A stretch of DNA of 64,000 bases from Thermoplasmata archaeon. Lineage in GTDB: Archaea > Thermoplasmatota > Thermoplasmata > GCA-020350865. The stretch is taken from positions 4,876,506 through 4,940,505 of the forward strand of contig CP070751.1 of assembly GCA_020348445.1 (NCBI GenBank), read 5' to 3'. Of this stretch, positions 1 to 9,580 are shown one piece after another (position 1 is the stretch's first letter; each line of letters starts with the position of its first letter). The translations under genes and the position numbers were made by a program. A model generated the notes under the pieces. It ran no database searches and was not told the DNA's origin. It was given only the letters and a program-made list of their open reading frames with translations.

Positions 1-430
1 TTGATCTTTTTTGTATTGTTTTATAATATACAAGAGTTAAGCAAAGGGCCAGCACCATCATCAAGAGAACAAATACTATGTACATTGAACTTGCATTGGA
101 TTTTTCCTCACCCGTTGTTTGGCTCCGAGTCTCTTTTGGTTGTGCAATCACATCGGAATTTTCCTCATCAGTTGTTTGGCTCTGGGTCTCTATTTGAGGA
201 AGAATAGTAAATGCATAGGCCGTACCATCTATTTGTCTAGGGTCTCTTACCAGTATGATTTTGGATGAGGAGTCTACTCCTTTGTCATCTTCCTCAACAA
301 CATCATCTAATGCATTAGCTTCCCTATCATCTTGGATAGCTACATTCCTCAACCCAACTACGGCAATCGCAACCACACACAAAACTACAATGAGCATTAA
401 GCTCAAGATTTTTACACTTTTCTTTTTCAT
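1..430 (-). CDS. Hypothetical membrane protein, partial (runs off the window start)
   Basis: Read manually from ATG at 430: MKKKSVKILSLMLIVVLCVVAIAVVGLRN...SSMYIVFVLLMMVLALCLTLVYYKTIQKRS. Open for 143 codons to the window edge, with a G-rich RBS upstream, an N-terminal signal/anchor and a second hydrophobic helix. Not in the ORF track. Confidence 0.75.
   Translation of the reverse strand, partial: MKKKSVKILSLMLIVVLCVVAIAVVGLRNVAIQDDREANALDDVVEEDDKGVDSSSKIILVRDPRQIDGTAYAFTILPQIETQSQTTDEENSDVIAQPKETRSQTTGEEKSNASSMYIVFVLLMMVLALCLTLVYYKTIQKRS
101..190 (-). repeat. Imperfect direct repeat of about 33 nt with 60-nt period inside the CDS
   Basis: ttttcctcacccgttgtttggctccgagtctc versus ttttcctcatcagttgtttggctctgggtctc; encodes ETQSQTTDEENS and ETRSQTTGEEKS. 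Confidence 0.7.
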
Positions 431-821
431 TTTATTGCCCCCCTATATTTCTCTCTGAGGTTCAGCCAAATGAATTGTCTAAAAGAAGAGAATAAGATAG
501 TCTATCTTAATCAATTAGTTCTATAGAATGATTATCTTAGCTCACCTTTTTTCGCCAATTCGAAAGGTTCCCCTGGTTAACCAGATTGGTTTGTGGCTAT
601 AAAAGCCTTGTTACAAGCAAAAAAACACCCTTTGGTGCCAAATTTAAGAAATCCGGGAATTTGATCAATACCATGTCAATATAAAATTCTCGACGATGAA
701 ACCGAAATAAATTTCCTGAATAATAGTTTGAAAAGAATTAAAAAAGTTAAACCAAAACAATAAAATATAAATCAAGAAATAAGGGGGAGAATATAACACT
801 GTGAAGTTTGGAGGTGAGGTA

Positions 822-1508
822 ATGTCAAGTATCATTTCGGCAAAGAATGTGCACAAGACATATGATACCGGTAAAATACAGGTTAAGGCCTTAAAAGGCG
901 TGGATGTAGATGTTGGAAAAGGAGAGATGGTAGCAGTTATGGGACCATCAGGATGCGGCAAGACCACATTGCTCAACTGCCTTTCAGGATTGGATGAGCT
1001 GACAGAAGGGCAGGTCTTAATCGAAGGGCAGGATGTTCATGCAATGAAGGACAATGCGAGGACAGAGTACAGAGCCAAAAAAATGGGATTCATATTCCAG
1101 ACATTCAATCTTCTCCCTGTACTCACGGCAGCCGAGAATGTGGAGCTGCCACTGCTTGTAAGTGGAATGAAATTAAAGGAAGCCAGACAGAAAGCAGAAT
1201 CAGCTCTTGAACTTGTGGATCTTAAAGAATGGAAGAACCATAAACCCTCGGAACTTTCGGGAGGGCAAAGACAGCGGGTCACCATTGCCAGGAGCCTTGT
1301 GAACGAACCCACTATAGTTTGGGGCGACGAGCCCACGGGGAATCTGGATACCGAGAATTCCAACGATGTCCTGGATCTTCTGATCCGATTGAACAAGGAG
1401 AACAAGCAGACATTCGTGTTGATTACACATGATCCCTCCATTGGAAATAAGTGTCAGCGAATAATTGAGATGAGAAGCGGATTGATAACCAAGGGGAATC
1501 AAAAGTGA
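822..1508 (+). CDS. ABC transporter ATP-binding protein (LolD/MacB-ATPase-like)
   Basis: Walker A GPSGCGKT, signature LSGGQRQR, Walker B variant VWGDEPTGNLD, H-loop ITHD. Start moved from GTG 801 to ATG 822 because GGAGGTGAGG (810-819) is an RBS. Confidence 0.95.
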   Translation: MSSIISAKNVHKTYDTGKIQVKALKGVDVDVGKGEMVAVMGPSGCGKTTLLNCLSGLDELTEGQVLIEGQDVHAMKDNARTEYRAKKMGFIFQTFNLLPVLTAAENVELPLLVSGMKLKEARQKAESALELVDLKEWKNHKPSELSGGQRQRVTIARSLVNEPTIVWGDEPTGNLDTENSNDVLDLLIRLNKENKQTFVLITHDPSIGNKCQRIIEMRSGLITKGNQK

Positions 1509-1524
1509 AAATGGAGGGAACCAA

Positions 1525-4500
1525 ATGGACCCCATCGTGAGTCTTCTTATGTTTTTGGTCTTGATCCTCATAATTGTAATTGCAATTATGGCTCTGGCAA
1601 ACCGTATAATCTTTAAAATGGCGGCAAGAAACTTTATTAGAAGAAAAGCACAGAGCGTCATAGTAATTGCCGGTCTGATGATAGGAACTGCAATCATTTC
1701 CAGCGCCCTTGTTGTTAGTGATACAATGACCAATACCATGGAGGTGGATGTATACAGATCACTTGGCGAGGTTGATGAAGAGATATGGGGTACAGACACT
1801 TGGTCAACTGTTACATTCTATAAATATTTCAACGAATCTGTTTACGATTCCATGTCACAGGAGCTTTCCGATATTCCGGAAATTGAAGCAATGGCACCAG
1901 TAATAATGGACTTCGGCGCGGTTTTGGATAATAACACTTTATTGGGAGAACCTTCTGTTGCAATACTTGGTCTGGATTCGCAGATTCTTCGCAATTCAGC
2001 TTTCGGTGATCTGGATGGCAACGGATATTACCCAGATAGCCTTGGAGTGGACGAAATCGCCATCAACACAAGACTTGCTGATGAAATAGAAGCTTTAGTT
2101 GGGCATAGAGTTTACCTTTCATATGGTGCCAAGGATCCAAACAGTCCTTTTGGAACCTCCTTCAAAAAAGAGAATTTCACTATAGCAAAAATAATCAATG
2201 AAAAGGACCTGTACGGGAAGGCAAACTATCTTCAGCAGAAGACCATATTTTTCGAACTTGATACACTTCAGGAGCTACTTAACCGCCCCAACGAGATAAA
2301 TAAAATCTGGATATCCAATAAGGGAGATTATCGGAGTGGTGAATCTTACACAAGTAAAGTGAACAAAACAATTGAAGAGGAACTTGATTCGGCTGTGGGT
2401 ATGGAAGACGCAGGATTCTCTCTTGAGATCATCAATGGTGCTCTTGTTCTAAGCAATGATCAAGGCTTTTATCCATTATCACAAGCTGATACATTATTGG
2501 AAAAGGCTGAACCCTACAACGGCAACATATCCAAGGGTTTGATGGTTCCAGCCCTGGTTGTGAACGGAGTTCCCACAAATGGTCTTGCGATAGTAGGGGG
2601 TGAATCTGATGAAGAGGATTTCCAAAATATGGACATTGAGCCAGGTACCATCTATTTCTTGGACATGCATGCAGCAACCTTAAACATAGTAAATAACACG
2701 GATATTTCTGTTTCCACCCTGAGTTTGGACGGAAATATGCTTACTTCACAGTTCAGAGCAATAATTTTACCCTCAGATTTTGACGACCCAATGCCTGATG
2801 AGATGAGTTCCTATATAATGGGTTTTGTTGATTTTGAAACAAGCCAGAATATGCTCCACGGGGGTGTATATGACGATATAGTATCATTTGTCATTGTTTC
2901 AGGTCTGGATGACTCAACCTTGGATATTATTCGCGATTCTGCAATTGATCAGATGAACACCGATTTCGGAGCAGAAGAGCTGAACCTTCAGGTGAACAAT
3001 GTAAAAGCAGATAATCTAGAGAGTGCCAGAGAGGGAGGCGAGTCCCTAGGAACCCTCTTTATGATTTTTGGGATGTTCTCCATTATCGCTGGAATCGTTT
3101 TGATCATCAACATATTCGTTATGTTGGGAGAGGAAAGGAAAAGCGAGATGGGCATGGCACGAGCTGTTGGTATGAAGGGAAAGCATCTTGTGAGGATGTA
3201 TATCTTTGAAGGCAGTCTTTACGCATTCGTTGCCGCTATAGTCGGCGCATTCTTGGGTCTTTTCTTTGGATGGTTGTTGATTCAGGCCTTTGAATTCATA
3301 TTCAGTTCAGTTGAAGAATTTTCAGAAGGATCGTTTAACATTCCCTTTTATTTTACATGGGCAAGTGTATTTGTTGCATTCTGTTTGGGATTGTTCATTA
3401 CATTTGTGACCATCATCTTTGCAAGTACCCGGATAAGCAAGCTAAATATCATAAGGGCAATTCGCCGAATACCCGAGCCAAAACCTGAAAGGGCCCAAAG
3501 AAGGGTCATCGTAGGTGGGGTGGTATTGATTGTCCTAGGATTTCTCCTTGTCAGTTTCTCATTTTCCACCCAACTTGGCGGCTATTATCTAGCAGGTGTT
3601 CCTTCGATCTTTTTGGGGCTGGCTCTGATTATTCATAAATGGACCAGTATCAGGGCAGCAATGACTTCTGCAGGAATTGCGATACTTGTGTTTATGTACC
3701 TGCCATATGAATTTTCCTTTACGTCTGATTGGGATTTCACAGGATTGGATTCATTTGTTTTCAGCGGGGTCTTTAGCGTTCTTGCCGCGGTAATTGTTGT
3801 TATGTTCAATTCTCATATACTGCTTGGTTTCCTTCAAAAGGTGTTTGGTAGGGGCAAGTCCACCCGGGCTGTTTTGAAAACTGCAATCTCTTATCCCATG
3901 GACAGCAAGTTCAAAACAGGTATGACCCTGGGAATGTTCGCACTCATTATTTTTACAGTAACAGTTATTGCAATGATTGCGGCCATGCAGGCCTCCCAAA
4001 GCGACATCATGCTGGAGCAACAGAGCGGCGATTATGATATAATAGGCACTACAAATCCGAGAACACCCTTTGAGAATCTCACTGTGGATACCCTACACCC
4101 TGATCTTAAAAAGAAGGTGGATGAGCTTGAGATCATATCCCAGACCATTGTTGCTCTTGTGGGCTATGATGAAAAAGAATCACAGCCTACTGCATACGGA
4201 CCTCCAACAGATACAGGAAAGCTGGAGCAATATTCTCTGTTGGGTGCAAGCGATAGTTTTCTTTCGAACAACGGTTTTACTTTACTAGATCGCGACGATA
4301 AATACGATTCTGACACTGAATGCTGGGAGGCTTTGGCCCAAAATAGTACATACTGTATTGTAGATGGGACAAGACTTGCATTTTCCGGAATAATAGTAGG
4401 TGGTCCCCCCCAGGATATGGGGGGTGTTTATGTAGGTGGCACCATTACCATCACCGATAAGACCGGGCAAAACAGAACCCGCGAATTGACTGTTATTGGA

Positions 4501-5121
4501 ATAATGGATCAGATGTTTTTCTTCAACGGTATTATCATGAATAAGGATGTCGTTGATAATGAATATAATGGCGTTGATAGCATTATCGTTGTCAAGCTCA
4601 ACTCTGGTTATGATGCCGATTCAGTTGCCAAGGAATTTGAAAAGAATTATCTTGAGCTCGGTCTTCAAACCTTTGATATGAAGGGAATTATCAACATCAT
4701 ACTCACTCTAACAAATAATATCATGTACCTCATGGAAGGCTTCCTGGGTATAGGCCTTCTTGTGGGTATTGCCGGAATAGGAATCATTTCCTACAGAAAT
4801 GTAATTGAGCGCCGTCAGCAAATCGGTATGCTTAGGGCAATTGGTTTTAAAAAGAGTATGGTCACAAAATCGTTTTTAATTGAAACCTCATTTATCACTA
4901 TTTTAGCAATATTCATCGGTATCATACTTGGAATAGGAATCGGTTGGCAGATTTATTCTGACACCGGATTTCAAGAGTCGGGCATCGGCTTTGTAATTCC
5001 CTGGGGAAACCTCCTTGCGATTTCGGTTATCGCGTATATAGCCACCCTAATATTCACATTCTACCCATCAATAAAAGCTGCAAAGGTTCCCCCTGCCGAA
5101 GCGTTGAGATATATCGAATGA
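1525..5121 (+). CDS. ABC transporter permease with two FtsX/MacB-type halves and large extracytoplasmic domains
   Basis: Two FtsX motifs (ERKSEMGMARAVG, ERRQQIGMLRAIG), multiple TM segments, C-terminal PAEALRY; directly follows the ATPase. Confidence 0.9.
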   Translation: MDPIVSLLMFLVLILIIVIAIMALANRIIFKMAARNFIRRKAQSVIVIAGLMIGTAIISSALVVSDTMTNTMEVDVYRSLGEVDEEIWGTDTWSTVTFYKYFNESVYDSMSQELSDIPEIEAMAPVIMDFGAVLDNNTLLGEPSVAILGLDSQILRNSAFGDLDGNGYYPDSLGVDEIAINTRLADEIEALVGHRVYLSYGAKDPNSPFGTSFKKENFTIAKIINEKDLYGKANYLQQKTIFFELDTLQELLNRPNEINKIWISNKGDYRSGESYTSKVNKTIEEELDSAVGMEDAGFSLEIINGALVLSNDQGFYPLSQADTLLEKAEPYNGNISKGLMVPALVVNGVPTNGLAIVGGESDEEDFQNMDIEPGTIYFLDMHAATLNIVNNTDISVSTLSLDGNMLTSQFRAIILPSDFDDPMPDEMSSYIMGFVDFETSQNMLHGGVYDDIVSFVIVSGLDDSTLDIIRDSAIDQMNTDFGAEELNLQVNNVKADNLESAREGGESLGTLFMIFGMFSIIAGIVLIINIFVMLGEERKSEMGMARAVGMKGKHLVRMYIFEGSLYAFVAAIVGAFLGLFFGWLLIQAFEFIFSSVEEFSEGSFNIPFYFTWASVFVAFCLGLFITFVTIIFASTRISKLNIIRAIRRIPEPKPERAQRRVIVGGVVLIVLGFLLVSFSFSTQLGGYYLAGVPSIFLGLALIIHKWTSIRAAMTSAGIAILVFMYLPYEFSFTSDWDFTGLDSFVFSGVFSVLAAVIVVMFNSHILLGFLQKVFGRGKSTRAVLKTAISYPMDSKFKTGMTLGMFALIIFTVTVIAMIAAMQASQSDIMLEQQSGDYDIIGTTNPRTPFENLTVDTLHPDLKKKVDELEIISQTIVALVGYDEKESQPTAYGPPTDTGKLEQYSLLGASDSFLSNNGFTLLDRDDKYDSDTECWEALAQNSTYCIVDGTRLAFSGIIVGGPPQDMGGVYVGGTITITDKTGQNRTRELTVIGIMDQMFFFNGIIMNKDVVDNEYNGVDSIIVVKLNSGYDADSVAKEFEKNYLELGLQTFDMKGIINIILTLTNNIMYLMEGFLGIGLLVGIAGIGIISYRNVIERRQQIGMLRAIGFKKSMVTKSFLIETSFITILAIFIGIILGIGIGWQIYSDTGFQESGIGFVIPWGNLLAISVIAYIATLIFTFYPSIKAAKVPPAEALRYIE

Positions 5122-5245
5122 ATCGATTTACTGGGATATTTCGAAAAAACCCACAATTACACCAGTTTTACAGTGGCTGGCTAAAGAAATCAACCTTATA
5201 TCAGCATCAATACATATAAAAACTATAACCTCGATTTCCTTTGGA

Positions 5246-6547
5246 ATGAGACAGATTAATATAGTTTTGCCTGACCAGGATGTCAGCAGGGTAATGGATA
5301 TAGCAGAGGACAGCGATTTGAAAGCTGCTCATGTGAGGAGCGCAGGGGAAATAGATCTAGTGATAATAACAGTTCCCGATGATATTGTTGATGATTTTAT
5401 ATCTAGGCTGAAAGATTCTGGAATAGATAAAATAGGCACCATTTCTATTCTTCCCATTCATGCAGCCATTTCTGATAAGGAGCAGGAGAGAGAGCCCACA
5501 ATAGCTCCTAAAGAAGAGATCATCGAGAGTGCAAGGCGCGCCTGCTATCTTACAAAAGGATACATGTTCATGATAGTGATTTCAGCTTTTGTTGCCACAT
5601 TGGGTCTTTTGATGAACAGCACCGCTGTGGTTATTGGTGCCATGGTCATTGCTCCGCTTCTGGGTCCCAGCATCGCAGCCAGTGTTGGAACTGTAATGGG
5701 AGATACTGCACTTTTTAGAAAAGGCATCATGAGCACCACACTGGGATTACTTATCGTTATCATAACTGCTGCATTCACTGCTGCACTGGTAAATAGCCTA
5801 CAGCTCCTCCCACCTCTTGTTGACATCACCATCGAGGAATTACCCAGCGAAATGGCTGAGAGAACCACATTGAACATACTTATCGTTGGTTTAGCCCTGG
5901 CCTCTGGAGCCGCTGGAGCGTACTCATTTGCTGAAAAAAAAGGTGAGATACTGGTGGGTGTAATGATCGCGGTGGCCCTTGTACCTCCTGCCGCCATTGT
6001 GGGTATTGGCATAGCTCTTCTAGATGCGGAATTCATCATAAGCTCGGGTTTAATTTTGGCAGTGAACGTGTTCTGCATAAACATCGCCGGGACACTGGTA
6101 TTTTGGAAGCTTGGGATCAAGCCGGGTGGTTTTCTTGAAATGATGTTCTCAAAAAAGGACGTGAAAAAGAAGTTATTTATCACCATGATAATCCTTATTA
6201 TACTAGGAGCAATATTTTCATGGACGACATTTGTATCCTACCAAAATGCACAACTTGAGAAGGAGATAAATGATGAGGCAAAAAGAACAATAAGAGATGG
6301 TAATTATCTGTATATAATAGATTATGAGGTGGAGGAAATCAGGCTCGGGAGAAATATCTTTGGCATCGAATCAGACGGGTCAGTCTACGTCAGAATAACC
6401 ATATTTTCAAACAATACAGCCGAATGCGCAAAACTCAATAACATAGCCTCTGATATCCAACAGACTCTCAACTCAAAATTCAAAGACGAAATAGAAAAGG
6501 ACTTTGAAGTGGAGATAATATTTCAAGCAGTGCAGATTTCTCCTTGA
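5246..6547 (+). CDS. TIGR00341/DUF389 family membrane protein
   Basis: VVIGAMVIAPLLGP and GVMIAVALVPPA motifs; 7-8 TM helices; soluble N-terminal domain. Confidence 0.9.
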   Translation: MRQINIVLPDQDVSRVMDIAEDSDLKAAHVRSAGEIDLVIITVPDDIVDDFISRLKDSGIDKIGTISILPIHAAISDKEQEREPTIAPKEEIIESARRACYLTKGYMFMIVISAFVATLGLLMNSTAVVIGAMVIAPLLGPSIAASVGTVMGDTALFRKGIMSTTLGLLIVIITAAFTAALVNSLQLLPPLVDITIEELPSEMAERTTLNILIVGLALASGAAGAYSFAEKKGEILVGVMIAVALVPPAAIVGIGIALLDAEFIISSGLILAVNVFCINIAGTLVFWKLGIKPGGFLEMMFSKKDVKKKLFITMIILIILGAIFSWTTFVSYQNAQLEKEINDEAKRTIRDGNYLYIIDYEVEEIRLGRNIFGIESDGSVYVRITIFSNNTAECAKLNNIASDIQQTLNSKFKDEIEKDFEVEIIFQAVQISP

Positions 6548-6628
6548 AGGAAGATTTTTAGGGTTCTACAATCCCGTTATCATTTTTTATAAATAATCTT
6601 CCCGATAATCAGGATTCAGGTAAAAAAT

Positions 6629-8341
6629 TCACTCATCCGATACAAGTGCATACCTTTCGCATGTATAACAGTACCAGCGACCGTACTGCTCTATATACGA
6701 TGTTGGCCTACCGCAGTCAGGGCATAAAGGAGCTCTCTCCTCAGCTTCAGATGGAGCCGCCTCTCCCACACCACCCCCTTCTATTAGAGTTATCAACCTC
6801 TCTCGGAGATGTTTTGGCCTGCCTGATGAATCCAGTTGGTATTTTTTACACAACACAATTAACTGGTCTTCATCCATGGTGTAAAGTTCATCTTTTGTGG
6901 GCATTCTTGCCTCTTCACCTACCTCCTTCTTTTCCATCTCCAAAAACGCGGATTCCACAGGACTATCTGCTGCCCCCTCTGAAGTTGCCTCTGTTTTTTG
7001 CTTCATTTCATCCAGTGTAAACTCTTTGCCACATGCATAACATGTCGTAGTCCCCTTGCGCACCACAGTGGCGCATCTTGGACACATCATCTCTTCATAA
7101 GCTTCTTTCTTCTCAACCACTGCGGTTTCTGGTTCCGCTTCTGTGGTCTTGGGCTCCTCTGCCTCAAGACTTTCTGTTTCTGTAGCCTCCTCTGTTGTGG
7201 GCATGACAGCTTCCTCAGAAGGTTTTTCCATGGAAGTATCCACCGCCGCTACCGCAGGCGCCTCTTCCTTGGGCTCAACAGCCTCCTCTGAGGATTCCTC
7301 AGCTGTGATATCCTCAGCCAACTCCCCTGGCTCCTCTTCTTTGGGCTCAGCAGCTTCTTCAGTGGGTTCTTCAGTTGCGGTACCCACCTCGGGCTCAGCT
7401 GGCTCCTCTGCTGTAGAATCTGGTTCTTTTTCCTCGGTGGTTACCTCCGGCTCAGCTTCTGTGGGAACCGATTCTGTAAGTCCTATTTCCTCCACAATTT
7501 CCTCTATATCCTCTCCTTCGAGTTCAGTTGAAACCGGCTCAATTGATCCTAATTTCTCACCACCCTCCAAAGCCTTCTCACTTTCCAATAATCCACTTTC
7601 CCTTTCTGTAAGTTTCATTCTCATAATGGCCAATTTTTCATATTCCTCTAAAATCGCCTTCTCCCTCTCAAGCAACCTTGTCTCACGATCTGTTACTTCC
7701 TTTTCCTTGCTAACTCTTGTTTTCTCATCTTTAACAAGGGACATCTCCTTCCAGTTCAGCTTCTCCTCCCTTTTTTGAAACTCAGCCTCCTTATCAAGGA
7801 CAGATTTATTTTTCTCACTCAGTTCTTTCTCCATTTTTACGATTTCGTTCTCTTTTTTGATGAGCTCGGCCTTCTTTTTAGCTATATCCTCGGTGACTTT
7901 CGAAATAGCCTTTTCTTGCTTTTCAAGGTGTATACGCCTCTTTTCCACCTCTTCCACCTTGCGATTCACATCTTCTGCCTGAGCCTTCAAATTGGAGCCT
8001 TTTTCATCCAATCTTGCCATAACTTCGGTGATCTTTTGTTTTTGCCCGGCCAATTTATCCTTTTCTTGGGAAATCTTTTCCTTTTCCTTTATGGCCTCTT
8101 CCCTTTTTGCAATTGCCTCATCCTTGATCTTGGCCAGTTCGTCTTTCTCTTTAAATAGATCCTCCCTCGTTTTTTCGAGTTCTGCTTTCTCTTCGTTTAT
8201 CCTTTTTTTCTCTATACGGATCTTTTCTTCGCTCTTTCTTAGAACTTCCCAAATCGAGGCCTCGTGCTCTAATACACCTGGCTCCTGTTCTCCAACTTGT
8301 TTTGGTTTTTTATCCTCATCAGCCAATTTTTCACCCCCCAT
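6629..8341 (-). CDS. Coiled-coil / acidic linker / zinc ribbon / SAP-like / zinc ribbon protein
   Basis: About 230 aa of K/E coiled coil, a Glu/Pro/Ala-rich linker, CPRC..CYAC, the SAP-like LIVLCKKYQLDSSGRPKHLRERL, and CPDC..WYCYTC. The true start may be TTG 8326, after the RBS GGGGGTGA. Confidence 0.8.
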   Translation of the reverse strand: MGGEKLADEDKKPKQVGEQEPGVLEHEASIWEVLRKSEEKIRIEKKRINEEKAELEKTREDLFKEKDELAKIKDEAIAKREEAIKEKEKISQEKDKLAGQKQKITEVMARLDEKGSNLKAQAEDVNRKVEEVEKRRIHLEKQEKAISKVTEDIAKKKAELIKKENEIVKMEKELSEKNKSVLDKEAEFQKREEKLNWKEMSLVKDEKTRVSKEKEVTDRETRLLEREKAILEEYEKLAIMRMKLTERESGLLESEKALEGGEKLGSIEPVSTELEGEDIEEIVEEIGLTESVPTEAEPEVTTEEKEPDSTAEEPAEPEVGTATEEPTEEAAEPKEEEPGELAEDITAEESSEEAVEPKEEAPAVAAVDTSMEKPSEEAVMPTTEEATETESLEAEEPKTTEAEPETAVVEKKEAYEEMMCPRCATVVRKGTTTCYACGKEFTLDEMKQKTEATSEGAADSPVESAFLEMEKKEVGEEARMPTKDELYTMDEDQLIVLCKKYQLDSSGRPKHLRERLITLIEGGGVGEAAPSEAEERAPLCPDCGRPTSYIEQYGRWYCYTCERYALVSDE

Positions 8342-8448
8342 ATTCTGCTATTTTGGGTTTTGGGGTAGTTTAATAATAAATGAAGAACCCTCTTAGAATG
8401 ATTCTTACATCGGCATAACGTTAATACTTTAAATATTTTTCAGCCTTA

Positions 8449-8850
8449 TTATTCATTAACAATCTGGCTTTTTAGCCTACGAACACAGCCTGTTAAGCCC
8501 TCAACATCCTTCGTATCCTTTTTACAGTATCCAGCGAGCTTGGCCCTTATCTTGATATTGAATTTCACATCATTGGCCTTCAGATCCTCGGATAGCAACC
8601 TGCAAAGATGTCCTCCTTTTCTGTCCCAATCCGTTAAAATAACGACCTCTTTATGATTTCTGGCTATTTCCTCACAGAAATTGAATAGGGATTGACCCCT
8701 GTTGATTTGTATGATTTTTCCCTGTACACCCAGTTCCCGCAGGGCCGAAACATCTGACTCACCCTCTACTATAATGGGGATATCAGGAGAAAGTGCCTTC
8801 AATTCATCAAGGACTTCTTCGATCTTCTCCAACCGCTCTTCAGTTTGCAA
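8449..8850 (-). CDS. Small TOPRIM domain protein (COG1658-like)
   Basis: IIVEGESD and ILTDWDRKG TOPRIM acidic motifs. Confidence 0.85.
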   Translation of the reverse strand: MQTEERLEKIEEVLDELKALSPDIPIIVEGESDVSALRELGVQGKIIQINRGQSLFNFCEEIARNHKEVVILTDWDRKGGHLCRLLSEDLKANDVKFNIKIRAKLAGYCKKDTKDVEGLTGCVRRLKSQIVNE

Positions 8851-8883
8851 AGGAATGCCTCATTTACCTTATTCCAGTCATCG

Positions 8884-9213
8884 TTATTGAATTATCGACA
8901 TAAGTTTCTTTTCCAACTCATCTTTCGAGAGTCCCATAACCTTGACTATCTTTTGACGGGATTTATTACCTTTTTCGATATTGATATTTGAAGGGGAGAT
9001 GCTAAGGACGGAAGAAAGCAGGCTAATCAGCTCATAATTAGCCTTTCCTTTTTCCGCCCTTGCCTTTACCCTGATTATCAAGGAGCCTCTCCATTCGTCC
9101 ATACCCTCTATTCCTTGGGTTTTGGCATTGGATTTAACCTCGATATTTATCAGGATACCATCATTTTGTTCTCTTATACATTTTGATAGAAGGTTTTGGT
9201 CCATTTCCTTCAT
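8884..9213 (-). CDS. DUF167 (YggU-like) protein
   Basis: IRVKARAEKGKANYELISLLSSVLSISPSNINIEKGNKSRQK matches the DUF167 pattern. Confidence 0.85.
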   Translation of the reverse strand: MKEMDQNLLSKCIREQNDGILINIEVKSNAKTQGIEGMDEWRGSLIIRVKARAEKGKANYELISLLSSVLSISPSNINIEKGNKSRQKIVKVMGLSKDELEKKLMSIIQ

Positions 9214-9350
9214 CGTTCATCATGATTGCACATTCGAGTTTTAAAGGTTTTTATTTCCAAAGAGTGTAGATATTACTGCAAAACCAATAATACATCGATT
9301 TACAACCTAAGGACAAACGTTAATATAGTATCCATGATAATCTCTCTATA

Positions 9351-9497
9351 ATGCCCAAATGTCCTATCTGCAACGAAGAACTTGTTCTGCATGATGAGAA
9401 TAATATGCTGTGCAAAGGCTGCGGGGAGACAATTCCAAAAGATTTTGTCAAGGAATCGAAGGTACCTTGCTGTAATCCACTTTACAAGTGCAAGTAA
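9351..9497 (+). CDS. 48-aa Cys-rich zinc-finger microprotein
   Basis: MPKCPICNEELVLHDENNMLCKGCGETIPKDFVKESKVPCCNPLYKCK*. CPxC and CxxCG pairs; TATA-like TTAATATAG about 25 nt upstream, which fits a leaderless start. Too short for the ORF track. Confidence 0.7.
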   Translation: MPKCPICNEELVLHDENNMLCKGCGETIPKDFVKESKVPCCNPLYKCK

Positions 9498-9580
9498 GTG
9501 TAATTATATATATAATAATACTTCAAATTGAAATATTTATTATTATTAATATGATTCAGGGCTAAGAGTAGTAAAGGAAA

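Noticed and set aside
1-458. Plus-strand ORFs 1-207 and 255-458
   Set aside because: They are antisense to a better minus-strand CDS that has an RBS and TM helices.
573-584. Perfect palindrome CTGGTTAACCAG between divergent genes
   Set aside because: About 15 perfect 12-bp palindromes are expected by chance in 64 kb, and I saw no second copy.
5545-8396. Long antisense ORFs (5545-6186, 7143-7778, 7775-8158, 7992-8396)
   Set aside because: Their Ser/Phe-rich composition mirrors the Glu/Lys-rich or hydrophobic sense genes; no start signals or motifs.
8449-8850. TOPRIM gene as an OLD/Gabija-type defence nuclease
   Set aside because: It is a 133-aa standalone domain with no ATPase or helicase partner, matching the housekeeping small TOPRIM family.
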